From Paragordius varius (taxonomy: Eukaryota > Animalia > Nematomorpha): a stretch of 64,000 nucleotides of DNA. A program made the translations under genes and the position numbers. The stretch covers positions 3,038,001 to 3,102,000 of the forward strand of contig OZ176056.1 of NCBI GenBank assembly GCA_964247055.1. The letters run 5' to 3'. Below the pieces are notes generated by a model. It did no database searches, was not told where the DNA came from, and saw nothing but the letters and a program-made list of their open reading frames with translations. Below, piece by piece: positions 12,681 to 27,406 of the stretch; the first letter of the stretch is position 1; each line of letters starts with the position of its first letter.

Positions 12681-13609
12681 GTTTGTTTAGTGTTTGAAAC
12701 TTTTTTGCTCTTTTGAACACAATATAGATTGATGTGTTAATTTACTATTTATGCCTGATATTTGAGGTGTGGGTTTAGTTTAGTTAAGATATAATTTTGA
12801 TGATTTTTGTAATTTTTAAAATGTTGAAAGCATTGAAATATATAAATGTTGTTAAAGCGAGTTTTTGAACGCATTAATTAATATATATATAAATAAAATA
12901 ACATTAGGCAATCAATTGAGATCTTCATTTGTTATTCCCGAAAATCTCGAATTTTTATCATTTAAGTATTAAAAAATTTTTTTATACAAGTTACACAATA
13001 TTTCTCCACCTATATTTATTCAAAATTAAAAGTATAAAAGGCATAGTATTACACAGTGACAGCAAAACCCAAATGTTTATAATGTAGTTTTTAGGGTTTT
13101 ATTGAACAGCACATTACATTTTTTCTTTGGATATTTGACACAAGGACATGGCTTTCTTTTTTTGCTAAATATTAGATGATATATTAATTATAAATTGTTT
13201 ATCAACTTACAAATATTGTTAAGAGTATTCGATTGAATAATTAAAACTTAAATTTAAATTGGGGTATCTAAATACTCCACACTATATCTAAGTGGTTAAT
13301 TTTAAAAAGCTACGAAAGAAACGGTCTCAATTATAATTTATTATTCTTTCCTAATATAAATTATGTAAAGCCGAAATTCTAAATAAAATTTAGTTTTAAA
13401 AAAATGTTCCATATTGTTAAGTTAGATCCTACTTTCGTGGACACAAACGCAGCACCTATATAATTGCAAACAGTTATAACACTTTGTAATACACGTAGGT
13501 ATCTTCAAGCAAAATAGTTAGTATATAATTCAAATATTGTAATATTACACACACATGTTTAATTTTGGTATTTAATAAAAGTTTTCTTTGTATTATAACT
13601 CCCCTTCCA

Positions 13610-16432
13610 TTATTGGCGCCCATTATTGGTGCGATAAACCTGACAAAAATTTCTCTGGATGCCTTTGATGAAAGGAAAATTTTGACCGATACGTTTTATA
13701 CATTTAGCGAATGCTAGCTGCACAAAACATAACCACAAGCGACAACAATTGCGCGACGCTATTTCTTGCTTACGCAGGAATGTCGGTCACAAAGAAATTT
13801 GCGAACAGTTCCTTTTCCCAAATTCGCTCGCTAATACCTCCTGGCCGGACATCATTAAAGCCGGCAATAAAAAATTTACGAATCGAATAGGACAAAATTG
13901 CCAGGTTTAATTTTGTAAAACTTCGTCGGAAAGAGAATGAAACAAAATTGCTTTTACGAGTCAAAACCTAATTGCAGGCCTGGTAGTCGAAAATTTAGAA
14001 ATAGATCTGTTTACTAGATTCCCCGACGTCATGTGGGAAAACGAAACCTTAACCCTAAAACAAGTGGTAGACTAGCTCTCAATTATGAAAAGTCACATCA
14101 ATTAGCAACAATAGATGACCACATTTTGGAGACTACTGCTCGGGAATACCAAAAAAGTGTCGATTTCGCGGTTTAGGTAATACACCAGGCAGATGCCCAG
14201 CTTATGAGTGTAAAGGCTATCATTTCCAACCGTACTGTAAGAAAAAAATGATTAGCAACGCTAAGCATATCGAATGTGGAGCCGCCCCTAAGATAACAAT
14301 AGTAATCAATGGTAAGCCAATACGCATGATTATAGACACAGGTTCAAGCGTGGGAAAAAATTGGGGAGCCTGAGTTGCAAAAAAGGCCCAGATTTGCATA
14401 GCTATGGTGGACAAAGATTCAATTCCAAGGGTAGGTATATGGTCAGGGTACAATTCGATGGTGAAACAAAATCTTTGGCGTGTATGGTTGTGGTCAAAAA
14501 GGCCCCAGCAATAGAATTCCCGAATGCCATAAAACAGTTGATAAATTGTCGTAAATGTTTCAATATTAATATATTTAAGAAAAATTCACTTGTTAACAAA
14601 TTTAATTCACTTTTTTGTGAAAAGTTAGGGTGTTTCACTGGAATTCCTATCAAACTTTTTTAAAAAACAATACAAAACCAAAAATTTTTAAGTTTTGCCG
14701 CATCCCGATACCACTAAAAGAAGTCGACTCTGAAATTAAGAGACTTTTAGAAGCGGACGTAATCAAACCATTAGACCCTACGAATGAGAAACTAACCTGG
14801 GCCACCCCTATTGTTTGTATAACAAAAGCGAATGGTACCCTAAGTGCAGATTATCGTGTTACAATAAATCCGTATCTAGTAAATGAGATCATTATTTAGG
14901 ATATTCATTTTCGGTAATCGATTTAAAAGACGCATATTTGCAATTGCCAATAGATCAAGAAAGTCAAAGTTACTAAAAATTACTACACCCCTGGCTGTTT
15001 TACATATAAAAGACTTCCCTTTGCCCTAAATGCGCTCCCTGCATTTTTCAAAGATTAATGGATAAGATTTTAGGTGATTTCCCAGGAACAGCTGTATATT
15101 TAGACGATATTTTAATAACTAGAAAAAACCGAAACGTGCATAAAAGAAACTAAGAAAGGGTATTTAAGCGTCTGGTCTAATCTTTAAAATAAAGTAAAAG
15201 CAAACTAAAACTTTTTCAACAGTCTTGCTATTTAGGATATGTTATATAGAACAACGGCATCTCACCAGCCGCCGAAAGTTAAAGACATACAAGAATTCCC
15301 AACACCCACTGACAAAACACACTCAAGTCTTTCTTTGGCTTAATAAATTTTTACAGACGATTCCTTCCATGGAAGTTTGGCTGTAATTCACGACCTAAGC
15401 AGTTATAAAAAAACTGGATTGACCAAAAACCACGATGACTGTTTTAACAGAGCCAAAAATTTAATATGCCATACTGAAACTTACTCGGCTCTACCCTGAG
15501 TTACCTATAGTCGAAACAGATGTTTAAATAAAGGGTATGGAGCATTGTTACTACAGACCACGCAGGAGGGTATAAATAAACCCATTGCCTACACATCAAG
15601 AAACTAATCTAAACCCGAAGAAAATTTTTCAGTGATGGAAAAAGAATCGCCATACTTTTCGCTTTTGAAAAATTTAAAACGTTTATTACGGGGAAGAAGT
15701 TTGAACTGCGTACTGATCACAACCACTAATAAAGCTGTTTGAAAATAATCGTAGACCAAATAAACAATTCCAAGCTATTATGGTAGATATATAAAGCTAC
15801 CGAATTTAATTACAATCTACGGTACATTAAAAGCCACGAAAACATTGCAGATCCATTGTCCCGCATGCCGACAGAACCACAACAACATGACACGAAAAGT
15901 CTTCAAACAGCGGAAGTAAGGTTTGTAAATAGTAATCTATTTAACATAATCGTGATCATATTAGAACTCAGACAGAAACCAACCCTCTCTTAAAACAGGA
16001 AATAAGTGCACTAAGAACAAACAACTGGTCTTATAAAATATACTTCCATTCCACAGTTTTAGAAATGAAATTGAAAATACATACGGGTTATTATATTAGC
16101 ACGATAGATTAATAATTCCCGAATCTCAAAAAATAAATATCTTACAATTATTACACGTCGGACACTTGGGGTCCAAAGCAATGTACGAACATGCAAGACA
16201 GATAGTCTGGCAGAACATGGAAAACGACATACAAAAGTGGGTAGATACGTGTAAAAAATGTCAAGAAAACCGTCCGATGCAAAAACTGAATCCCATTGAA
16301 ACACTAATACAGCAATGTAGGAGAGATTACATCTAGATATAGCAGGCCCGATAGACAATATTTATTGGATAGTTGTTCTTATTAACAGTTATTCTCGATG
16401 GGTCGAAGTTAAACTATCGAAAATGTTATCGA
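13610..16432 (+). mobile_element. Decayed Ty3/Gypsy LTR retrotransposon internal region (gag-PR-RT-RNaseH-integrase)
   Basis: Frameshifted motifs in Gypsy order: protease MIIDTGSS; RT ATPIVCITKANG, DLKDAYLQLP, FQRLMDKIL..YLDDIL; RNase H KPIAYTSR, LRTDHKPL; integrase LHVGHLG..W..ME.DI..WVDTCKKCQ, LHLDIAGP. It is truncated in the integrase core. A possible 5' LTR lies at ~13406-13600 (unverified). Confidence 0.93.
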
Positions 16433-16797
16433 CCATTTAGATTAATGCCAAATTAAAATTGTATTGTGATAATGATAAATTTGCTCTGCAGTTTAATTAC
16501 ACAGATGTTAACAATAATATGACAGCTTTTAATAAAATTTTTCAAATATCTCGTAAATGTGAGCACCTCTTTTGTAATCTTGGTGTAATTTTCAAATTTC
16601 TATTAAAGAGCCGAATAAAATATCTGACGATTGGTAAAAAATTTAAATTTTTTTGTATTACAAATATTTTTAATATGCTAAAATAAAATCTAAATATTCA
16701 ACAAAAAGGAATAGAGTATGCAAATTCATGCACATCATTCCTAATGACCAAATATTTTGCATGTTGGCTATTCAAGCCTTTAGTGTTTTATAATATA

Positions 16798-17860
16798 CTA
16801 GCGTAAATCTCGGGCTGCTACGGGGTGCGCTATTTGAAAAAAGGGATCGACAAAATTGTGAATTATATATGTGGATTAATATAAAACATTATTTAAGAGT
16901 TATGATCTCATAGATTTTCAAAACGGTGCTTCATAGAATTTTCTAAACTGTGCATTCATACTAATTTATTTTTAACTGGTGTGAAGGCCACCAATTAATG
17001 GCTAACGGAAAAAACGCTATACTTCAATTTTTACCTTTTTATTGGTATTATTTCGGACATTCATTAAACTTATATGGCCTGATAAGTTTTCTGAAAATTA
17101 ACTCCTAAACAACCAATTTCAATATGCTGGCGCAGTTTTAGGCTGATAGCTCCCTAACAGAGGCTGATACAAAAGCGTTTGATTAAAATTTTTGCCTTAC
17201 GATACATGGAATCATGATTGATTCCATATGGTGTCACTAGTTTTTTGGAAAAATTGCTTCTAAACTAAGAAATCATTATAGAGTGGCGCATTTTTCATGA
17301 AGGGCCTAAACGGCTAATTTTGAAAATCGCACGACCCAAATTTTTGCCTTGTTAAGGGTATAATTTCAAGCAGCTATTAAACTAATATGGACTGATATGT
17401 TTTTTCAAATTTAGCCCCAAAGGCACGCTATTTCGATATGATGGGTCAGTTTTTAGCGGGGGTATCTCCTTACCCAGCAGCCAATATAGAAAGAAAGGCA
17501 CGACTAAAATTTTTTGTCTAATAACAGTGAATACCCGGAATCTTCATTGAATTTTTACGGTCTCATACCTTGGGCGAAAAATAGATTCAAAAATATTTTT
17601 GAGGACTTAGTTTTTAATGGCATTTTACGGAGGGAAGAGGTGAAAAGGTCTAAATTAAAAAAGCAAGCCGACTATCGGCGCAATCGAAAATAAGTAAACA
17701 AATCACGTTTTCTGGAAAATTGTCTCAAAGACACGATTTTTGTGAACTTCTGTTTTCAAAAAACCATATTAAACACGGGGTGAACGAACTGGAAGCTCAA
17801 TTCAAAAAAAGGCGAAGCTATTGTCGGGGCAATCATTGATGATTATATTTTTCCGTTATA
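16798..17860 (-). mobile_element. Non-autonomous Helitron, longer variant, 5'-truncated
   Basis: The minus-strand 3' end reads GC-rich hairpin-GAGATTTACG-CTAG|T (CTAG at 16798-16801). The internal sequence is homologous to 55540-56433, 58712-59260 and 36036-37577. Confidence 0.75.
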
Positions 17861-20800
17861 ATTTAGACTTACTAACGAATTATTAATTTGAATTAATAAT
17901 TTACCTTGGAGAAAACAATACACTTGTGAGGGGCGGTTGTATCACCTATATATAGACAATTTATATATAAAATATATGTAAAATGTCAAGTTGTGGCGTC
18001 CAGGCTTAAAATATTTGATAATCATGGGGCAAACATTTTAAATTGATTGCTATTTAAAATAATTGCAACACACTTAAATTCGCCAAATAGCAAATAACGA
18101 TACCTTGACTGTGATTGAAATATGGTTAACATATTTATGGATATTAAAAGGCGATTATTTTAACATATTTTAAAAGGCCTAAATCATTCATTGGGTATAT
18201 AATTGTTAAAATATCTAATCACATGCTAACAGAATTAAAAAAATTGGGCACGTTGCATAAGGGAAAATAAACTCAAAAAACTAATATTAAGCAGCTTTTC
18301 ATTAAGTGTTTATTGGAATAAAAAGGCTAAAACTTAACAAATCTAAACTATTTTTCGGTATTGATTCGCTTCGAATGTTGTATAATTAAGGGTTAAAAAT
18401 GCAAATTTTATGGAGTAAAAATATCAATTTGTAAAACGCTTAGTATTTGTATCTTTATTATTTTTGCATTAAAAACATCTAATTAACCCATTCTGCACCT
18501 GAGATGGTGAAATTAAAAACGTTTATTTAATAAAGTGTAAGTTTATAATATTTAATAAACATTATACTTTTTGCTTTTTATCCAAAGCAAGCAAGTAAGC
18601 AAAAATATGCGCTTTATAAATCAAAATGCTTTATTTTTCAAAAATTAAAACGTCATAAATTTTTGATATTTGTAATTACTACATTTTAAAATGCATTACT
18701 TTAATATGGCTAATTGAAATACAACATCTCTATTTATAATAATGCAATAACACATAAACGTGATTACATAGAGGGCAGTAAAGTTTAAAATACTGTTTCA
18801 ATGAAAGTTGTTGTTCATAATTTACACTTGTAATTTATTAGAAAACTTAAGATGAGAGTTTTCCTAGCTATGCTAAATCCATATTTTTTAACCCATAACT
18901 TTAATATCTTTAAGAATGATTCAAACCCTAAAAAGTAATAAACTGTTAATTAAACATATTTAAATAATGTGTAGCGAAAATTATTAAAGCAGACTGCTTG
19001 AAATTTGAGTTTTCGAATCTAAAAGCTGGTGAATCTTATTAAATATATGAATTCCTATGTGTTATTATATATTTATAGACATTGTGTCGTAATGGGCCCT
19101 TAAAATCCGAATAATTTTGGGCAAATGCCATGCAAGAGAAATGGAAGCAAAAAAACAAAAATATAAAATAGATTTTTCTAGTTACGACTTTAAGTTTAAT
19201 GCTAAAATGCAAAATTGTGCTAACATAAAATATTATAAAAAGATCCAAATAGATAAAAACTATGGTTAACAATTAAATTTTTGTATTTTAAATTTGGTTC
19301 AGGTTATTTGATAATTGGTCAAACAATTTCACATGTTTTGATAAATTTAATACGTTAAGGAAATTAAGCGAAAATATAATTTGCAAAAATACAAAAGTTT
19401 GATTGTTATATTAGTTTTCTATATTATGAATATATTGTGATATCTAAACATATAGTTTAGATAAATTAAACGGTTTATTAAATTTTCTCTTTTTCAGCTT
19501 TAATTTTAAAAATGTATTTTATAATAAAAAAACAGCTGTCTATCTCTCTTATAATAGTTAAACGCCAAAATTTTTTTTCGATTCTGGGACCACAAATACA
19601 TTAAATATGCAAAAATGACTTTTTTATAAAAGAATTTCAATTAATTAACTTTAATGTGAAGCTTTTCCGTATTATTCACTACCAATTTTATTGCAAATAT
19701 TCTTTTATCAGGCCAGCGATTTGGGACTTTGGTAAAGTTTTGAACATTTTTCAGGCATCCAATTAGTATCCCCTTTCTATATTTCAGCGTTTTCTTTTCC
19801 TGGCTAAATACTAAATTATATTTAAAGTTAAAATTTACTGGTTTAAAATATATTTAATATTTTTTAGTTTTGTGATGCAGAATTTCCATATCTCATAATA
19901 ACAAATTCGGAATCCACCTGTTTTACAGTAAAAAATGAAATTATAGTACAAAACGTAAATATATAAAGACAAAAGTGTTTTTTCAAAAGACAACCATATT
20001 TTTGAAACCTTAATATATCCTATATAGATCATTTAATAACAATCATAAAATATGTATTTATTATGTTACCAATATACACATTCATTTTGTTGAAGAACAA
20101 TGAGTTTTTTAAAAACAATCAAGATTTTAAATGTGTTATTGTCTTTTAGAAAAAAACATATATTCTATATTTTTACGTTTTGTCCGTATAATTTCAATTT
20201 ATACTGTATGAAAAATTTCACATTTCTTAGTAATCGTGTTTGAGAAAAAATATTAATTAAGTTACAAAATATACATAAACTTGAGCAAATTTTTAAAATT
20301 AGAATCATATCGATATCATTACACACCAAATTTCAAGCAAAATTGTTGTAAATTCCTTTGGAGTATAACATATAAATAAAAGTTTTTGCAATTTTGTTTC
20401 TTCCAATCTTAAATATGTTTTTTTATTTTTATTTCAAACGTTAAATAATATAAAACAAAAAAGATTAATCAGCTGTTTTTAGCGCATTTAACCCTTATAC
20501 AAAATTTTTAGCTCCAAATTGGAAAATAAATCTTTGAATTGACACACTCAATATAAATAATTAGTTTTTTAAACTTAGGCCAGACACTAAATAATATGTT
20601 TAGTCAACTATATTTTATTATTATAATTGCATAGGATGAAAAAATTAATTTAATTACACCTAATATTACATCAATATAGATATTAGATTAAGCCAATAAT
20701 TGATTTAATTATTATTGTTTAAAAAATATTTGAAACAAATTTCGGAACATATATTTCTTTACCTAAAACTTTTCAGTTTTATAGAAAATTTTTGATTAAT

Positions 20801-20939
20801 TTACATATTTATTTAGATTACCACGCCCGGGCTGCATGCTGACCTAAAATATGGCTCTGAAAAGTTTATTAATTTTTAAATTTACTTATTTGGAGTATGA
20901 AAAACATGGAAATTTGTCAAATTCCTACAGAATATTTAA

Positions 20940-21187
20940 ACCATTTTTCAGTCAAAATCACCACTTTTTCAACCAAATGTAATATTTTCTCCACCAAATG
21001 CAACATTTTTTAACCAAACACAATGTTTTCCCATCCAAAAGCAACATTTTTTCAAACAAACACAACATTTTTCATTCAAACGGATTTGAAAGTGTTTCGT
21101 TTGCAAAAATGTTGCAGGATGAAAAAATGCTGAATTCGCTTCAAAAACTGTTGCGTTTGTTTGAAAAAATACGGTTGGTTGAATGGT
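20940..21187. mobile_element. Foldback-like MITE built from ~21-bp subrepeats (CCAAA(C/T)GCAACATTTTT)
   Basis: Several direct ~21-bp units are followed by their inverted complements (AAAAATGTTGC, TTGCGTTTG). A related copy lies at 31813-32005. Confidence 0.55.
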
Positions 21188-21459
21188 ATAACCGTATTTA
21201 GTGCACAGCTCTTAAGACAAGAAAAATGTATTTTGAGACTTCAAAATTTTAAGGTGTGTATCACTCACTGATTTGGATATGATTTAGGTTTGAATACAAA
21301 TATAAAAGTATAATTAATAAAAAATAATAGTTCTTTTTATAATAAAATTTCGATTTTTTACCAATTCTTATTATATTTTAATGTGTTCGAATATCGAGGG
21401 TTAAGTTTAAGAAATGCTGCGTCGATCTTTCAGCTAATTAAAAATTGGGATTCCATTAA

Positions 21460-22030
21460 CACTTCGATTAGGGGTATCTAAATACCCCAGACTAAATTAA
21501 AATTAAATTTTTAAAAAACTACTGAAGGAAACGGTCCCAATTTAAATTTGTGCTTCTATCCTGATAAATATTATATAAATATGCCATATCTCGATAAAAT
21601 TTTGTTTTGAAATAAAAGTTTCATCTCAAACTACTTGGACGCCATTTTTATTTTACAAAAATTTTGCAAAATATCGTGTTCATTTAATATTAAGGGTAAA
21701 ACTAGAGCTTATTTTTTATATAAATTACATCTAACATTGATAGAAATAGAAAAAGCGGTTTATTTTGTATTATTTTTTAATTTTACAATTTGACACATGT
21801 CACATTGACTAAATTTTTACCTTTCAGTTTTAGCTCAAAATAAGTAATATCAAGTATTTTTGATAAAAGTTTTTATATATTTCGGTTTATTAATGTTATA
21901 TAAGTGCAAAATTTTGCCATGGTTTCGATTGCTTCCATACTTTTTAAAGTATTTGATTTTAAACAGGCCTGGGGTATCCAACTACCCAATTTGAATCGAA
22001 GGACTAAAATGAGTGTGTTGTATCCAAGTG
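21460..22030 (+). mobile_element. TTAA-specific piggyBac-like MITE (~570-580 bp)
   Basis: TTAA|CACTTCGAT...ATCCAAGTG|TTAA, with subterminal inverted GGGGTA..TACCCC blocks. At least eight near-full copies occur in the window. Confidence 0.85.
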
Positions 22031-22309
22031 TTAAAGTGTAGCAAATACAAAGTGAAGACTATAATTTTATATGCTTAAAACTATTGTGCTAAATCTATTT
22101 CCATTTTTTCCATATATTTTCCATGCAACAACGAAGATTTGTAAAAATATAAGGCACCAAAAATAAAACAAACTATTTCTGAAAATACAGGTTCTTCTTA
22201 CATTTATATTTTTATCATTAATTTGCTTATGGGATACAGTGAGTCCTTATAATGTAAAAAAAACTTTGGATAGTAAAATCATAATATAAATCTAAGAATT
22301 AGAAATAGT

Positions 22310-22800
22310 TGGGCAAATTAAAAGATCTCAAATGTTTTGTGCGATAAAAATATCGACCAAAAGTAAAGGGTAAGATTTACAGTGCTGTTGTACAGCAAAC
22401 AATGATGTACAACTCACAGACATGGGTAATAAAGAAATCAGAAGAGATGCACTTTGAGGTTACTGAATGAGAATGCTTAGATTGATGTGCGGTGTAACGA
22501 GGAATGACAAGGTTAAGAATGTCTACATGAGAAAGTACGGAAATCAAACCGGTAACGCAAAAGATGATGGTAAATCGTTTAAGATGGTTCGGACATGTTG
22601 AAAGAAGAGATAATAATTACATTGGTAAAAAGATTGATGATTATATTGTGAAAGGCAAGAAGGGAAAAGGGCGCCCTAAAATGCGATGGATAGATACAGT
22701 TAAGAGGGGCATGGCAAAACTGAACCTAAGACGCGAGCACGCCACAGACAGGGTTCTATGGCGAAATAGTTTATGGATATGACCGCTCGAAAGAGTGATC
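22310..22800 (+). mobile_element. RTE-clade non-LTR retrotransposon, 5'-truncated 3' end
   Basis: Reads KGKIYSAVV..MMY...W, RMLRLMCGVTRNDKVKN, and ORF 22564..22782 RLRWFGHVERR...GRPKMRWIDTVKR...DRVLWR. This is the diagnostic RTE C-terminal region. Confidence 0.9.
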
Positions 22801-23085
22801 ATATAATGTAATTGTTATTATAGTAAAATAAAAAAATTTACCAAATTTTTAAAATTACTTATTGTTTGGACAAATCTAATCAAAATAAGTTCGGGATTTC
22901 CACCTAATAGCTAAGTTAGCCAAGTTATGTTCTGAATTGGTATTAAACCTAAATCCATTACTGATACTTTTAGAGGCAAAAAACCCCAACATTAATTATA
23001 TAATCTTTCCATCGGGCTTTAATTTTTCCAAAAACTGAAATTGGGAGTTAATATTGAAATTAATTATAATTATGAGAAAAATTAC

Positions 23086-23221
23086 TTATTGTCACACCAT
23101 CAGAGACAGTAAAAGTAACATGCAATGTACAACCTTGTCCATAACCAGTTAGACCAAGTGATTGATTGTTTTTGATGTAAAAGGCACCAAATGGCTCAAC
23201 CAAAGTTAATTTGGTATGATC
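23086..23221 (-). other. Possible isolated coding exon (DHTKLTLVEPFGAFYIKNNQSLGLTGYGQGCTLHVTFTVSDGVTI)
   Basis: A 45-codon open segment between TAG| and |GTAATT with locally higher GC. Neighbouring segments have stops, so no complete gene model was obtained. Confidence 0.25.
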
Positions 23222-24894
23222 CTACATATACCTTTATTGATATATTTTGATATAAAATTTAATTTTTTTTTGGTTTTATAATTTTTTTTATCTGTAAGTA
23301 TAAACGTAAATTAAAATTCCATATATGGAGGAAATTAACACATCCTTTCAAATTACATAAGGAATTGGCCATAGTTCAGAAATTATTAATTATATATTGA
23401 TTTGTCAATAAATTATAAAAATTAAATACCTGTCTAGGTTATGAAGGGAATGTTTAGCAGATGTGATTAATTGGGCAATATGCAACACATACGTCTATGG
23501 AAAAACCAAAGGAAATAATTGTTTAATCAACATGTTTTTGTTTTTTTATACACTACTGTGTTGCAAATTGCCCAACTATAGTGTATAATAAGAAACCAAA
23601 TGCATATTGTATGCTGTAAGTTTAATATAAGATTCCTCCATCAATCCCTATTTATAGATTACTATTTTTGTCATTAAATTTTCTGTATATAATTATTTAT
23701 GTTAAAATCTTGTCCGCTTTTAAAAATCAATATCTTTTAAGTTTGAAGAAAATATAATTATATAGCTTCATCTGCATCTTAAAAATTTAATTATAATAGT
23801 GTGTGTTTCAAATGAATGGTTTTAACATATAGGAAAGAAAACAAATTGGCTAAGAATTAAATAATTTTAGTAGTGATTCCGAATAATTTTTGGCATGGCT
23901 TAAATATTAGCACTCAAAATAGTTTCTTTTAGATATGTGTCTTAATTTTAACTAAAGCATAAATTTTTGCTATATTTATATCCTTTTGCCGGTAGATTCA
24001 AAAATACAGATATTTAAATCAATTAAACATATCACTAATAGGGCTTCATATATAATATAAATATACCATACAATTATTAAGCGATGAATTATAGGTTAAA
24101 ATAAAACGGCAATCTATAATAGGCTGCTGGAAATTTTATTTTTGTAATAATATTTCTAATTGAACAGAATAACACGCCATTCAATCTATTAAAAGGCGCA
24201 AAATCTTTAAATATTCAAAAATTAACTTACATTCAAGGAATACATGAATTTGATGTATTATGACTAAAATTAGGAAAGGATTGTGCATTTTATACTTAAA
24301 TTTTTATGTAACTATGGGTTAACTATTTTTTGGATGAAAATTTTATGATTTATTTGCCTACCCTAAATACGAATAAAAAAAATATTATCATCAGTTTATA
24401 TCTAATTTTCATACTTTGTGGCAAATTAAAAAATTGGATTAAATAAATTTAAAAATTTGCCAAAACCCATTGCCATTTAAATATTACCAATTATAAAATA
24501 TCACATGATTTTGGGATTTTCGTGCCTGCCCATATATAAATATTAAACATATGGTATTTTAATGTAGTTTGTAAATATTTTAGAAATATTTTTTGAAATT
24601 AAGCTTTTAGCATTCATCAAAACTTTTTATAAAAAAAAATATGCTAAAATTTTGCTATTTTCTATATGGACTAACTATTTTAAGGGCCAAATTCAAATGA
24701 TATATGATACATGTTCCTAAGAAAATATATATATGTTTATCAGGTTATATTTATACGCCAGATTTTAGACGCAGTGTTTATTGAAACGTTCAGGAAGCGG
24801 GACAGAACGTCTATTGAAACAACATCTTCAGTCTGATGCATTCATAAAAAATAACCAAAAATTACATGTGAGACAGATTTCATAAACTTCAACA

Positions 24895-25500
24895 ATTCGA
24901 TTCAAATTGCGTTATCTCAATACCCCAGACTATATTTAAATTAATATTTTTAAAAAGTACTTAAAGAAACCGTCCCACTTTATATCAATGATTCTATTCT
25001 AATAAAAATAAGCCGAAATATATAATTAAAATTTGGTTTTGAAAAAAAAATTCATATCTAAACATTTTGACGCCATTTTTATTTTATAACATATTCTCAA
25101 AATATCAGGTTGTTTGATACCCCAGGCCTAATTAAAATTAAATTATTTTAGGAAGGAATCAAAACCATGGCAAAATTGCACTTATATAACAATAACCGAA
25201 ATACATAAAAAATTTTAAAATACTTGATATCACTTATTTTAAGCTAAACCGAGGTAAAAATTTCTTCAACGTGATATGTTTGAAATGGTAAAATTTTTAA
25301 ATTATACAAAATAAACCGCTTTTTCTATTTCTATCAATGGTGATGTAATTTAAATAAATAGTTTTAATTTTACCCTTAAAATTAAATGAAGATGATATTT
25401 GCAAAATTTTGTAAAATAAAAATGGCGTCGAAATAGTTTGACATGGAATTTTTTTTTCGAAACAAAATTTTATTTAGATATTTTGTCAATTTATATAATT
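24895..25500. repeat. Rearranged fragments of the piggyBac-like MITE in both orientations
   Basis: Pieces match the left end (ATACCCCAGACT..GAAACCGTCCCA) and the inverted internal and right parts of the 21460-22030 element. Confidence 0.7.
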
Positions 25501-25508
25501 TTTATTAA

Positions 25509-25998
25509 CACTTCGATTCAAATTGGTGTATCTAAAAACCCCCTATATATAAGTTTTATTTAAAAAACTACTGAAAGAAATGGTCCAAATTTAAATTTAT
25601 GCTTCTATCCTAATAAAAATTATATAAAAAGCCGAAATATATTAAAATAAAATTTGGTTGAAAAAATAGTTCCATATTTTTGCAAAATATCGTGTTTATT
25701 TAATTTTAAAACTAAAATGAAGGCTAATTTTTATTTAAATCACATCTAACATTGATAGAAAAAGAAAAAATGTTTTTTTGTAATACTAAATTTTTATCTT
25801 GAGGTTTTCGCTAAAAATAAGTAATATCAAGTATTTTTGAATGAAATTTTTTATATATTTTGGTTATGTTATAAATGTGCAAATTTTTGCCATGGTTTGA
25901 TTCTTTCCATATTTTTTGAATTATTTAATTTAAAACTGGCCTGGTATCCAACTACACTAATTTAAATCGCAGGACAAAAATGAGTGTGTATCCAAGTG
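25509..25998 (+). mobile_element. piggyBac-like MITE copy (internally deleted)
   Basis: TTAA|CACTTCGATTC ... TATCCAAGTG|TTAA. Confidence 0.85.
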
Positions 25999-26241
25999 TT
26001 AAGATAGAAGGATAATTTTAGATTAGGATTTCATTCAGTAAACCCTAACCTAAATTTAGTCTGGGGTATTTAGATATCCCAATTTGACTCGAAGTGTTAA
26101 AGCAAAAATTAATACTAATGTTATATTTAAATCACAACATTTAATATTGATAGAAACAGAAAAAGTAGTTCATTTTGTATTATTTTTAAATTTTGCTGCA
26201 CATGTCATTTTGACTAAATTTTACTGATGGGTCTACCTTAA

Positions 26242-26800
26242 CACTTGGATACAACACATTCATTTTAGTCCTTCGATTCAAATTGGAGTAGTTGGATACC
26301 CCAGGCCTGTTTATAATCAAATACTTTAAAAAGTGTGGAAGCAATCGAAACCATGGCAAAATTTCGCACTCATATTACATTAATAAACCGAAATATTAAA
26401 AAATTTTATTCAAAAAATACTTGATATTACTTATTTTGAGTTAAAACTGAAAGGTAAAAATTTAGCTAATGTGACATGTGGCAAATTGTAAAATTAAATA
26501 ATAGAAAATCAACCGCTTTTTCTATTTCTATCAATGTTAGATGTAATTTATATAAAAAATAAGGTTTAGTTTTACCCTTAAAATTTAATGAAGACAATAT
26601 TTTGAAAATTTTTTGTAAAATGAAAATGGCGTTGGAGTAGTTTGAGATGGAACTTTTTTTCAAAACAAAATTTTATCAAGATATTTTGGCATGGATAGAA
26701 GCAAAAATTTAAATTGGGACCGTTTCCTTCAGTAGTTTTTTAAAAATTTTAATTTAAATTTAGTCTGGGGTATTTAGATACCCCAATTTGAATCGAAGTG
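26242..26800 (-). mobile_element. piggyBac-like MITE copy
   Basis: TTAA|CACTTGGATAC ... GAATCGAAGTG|TTAA. Confidence 0.88.
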
Positions 26801-26857
26801 TTAATATAAAATATCAAGTATATTTTTAGATATTTTTTCTATATTTTGGTTCATTAA

Positions 26858-27406
26858 CACTTGGATCAACACAACATTTTAGTACTTCGATTCAAATTGG
26901 GGTAGTTAAATACCCCAGGCATGTAAATATGGAAGGAATCGAAACCATGGCAAAATTTTGCACTTATATAACATTAATAAACCGAAATATATAAAAATTT
27001 TTATACAAAAATACTTGATATTACTTATTTTAGGCTAAAACCGAAAGGTAAAAATTTCAACGTGACATGGGTGCAATGGTAAAATTGAAAATAATATAAA
27101 ATAAACCGCTTTATCTGTTTCTATCAATGTTAGATGTAATTTAAATAAAAATAAGCTTAATTTTACCCTTAAAATAAATGGAGACATTATTTTGCAACAA
27201 TTCTGTAAAAAAAATGGCGTCAAAGTAGTTTGACATGGAACTTTTTTTTTCAAAACAAAATTTTATTTAGATTTCGGCTTTTTATATAATTTATTATAGG
27301 ATAGAAGCATATATTTAAATTGGGACCGTTTTCTTCAATAGTTTTATAAAAATCCTAATTAAAATTTAGTCTGGGGTATTTAGATACCCCAATTTGAAAC
27401 GAAGTG
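26858..27406 (-). mobile_element. piggyBac-like MITE copy
   Basis: TTAA|CACTTGGATC ... GAAACGAAGTG|TTCA (right TSD mutated). Confidence 0.82.

Noticed and set aside
21460-27406. Recurrent palindromic GGGGTA..TACCCC repeats resembling CRISPR direct repeats
   Set aside because: They are subterminal repeats of a MITE. The intervening sequences are homologous rather than unique spacers, and there are no cas genes in a eukaryotic context.
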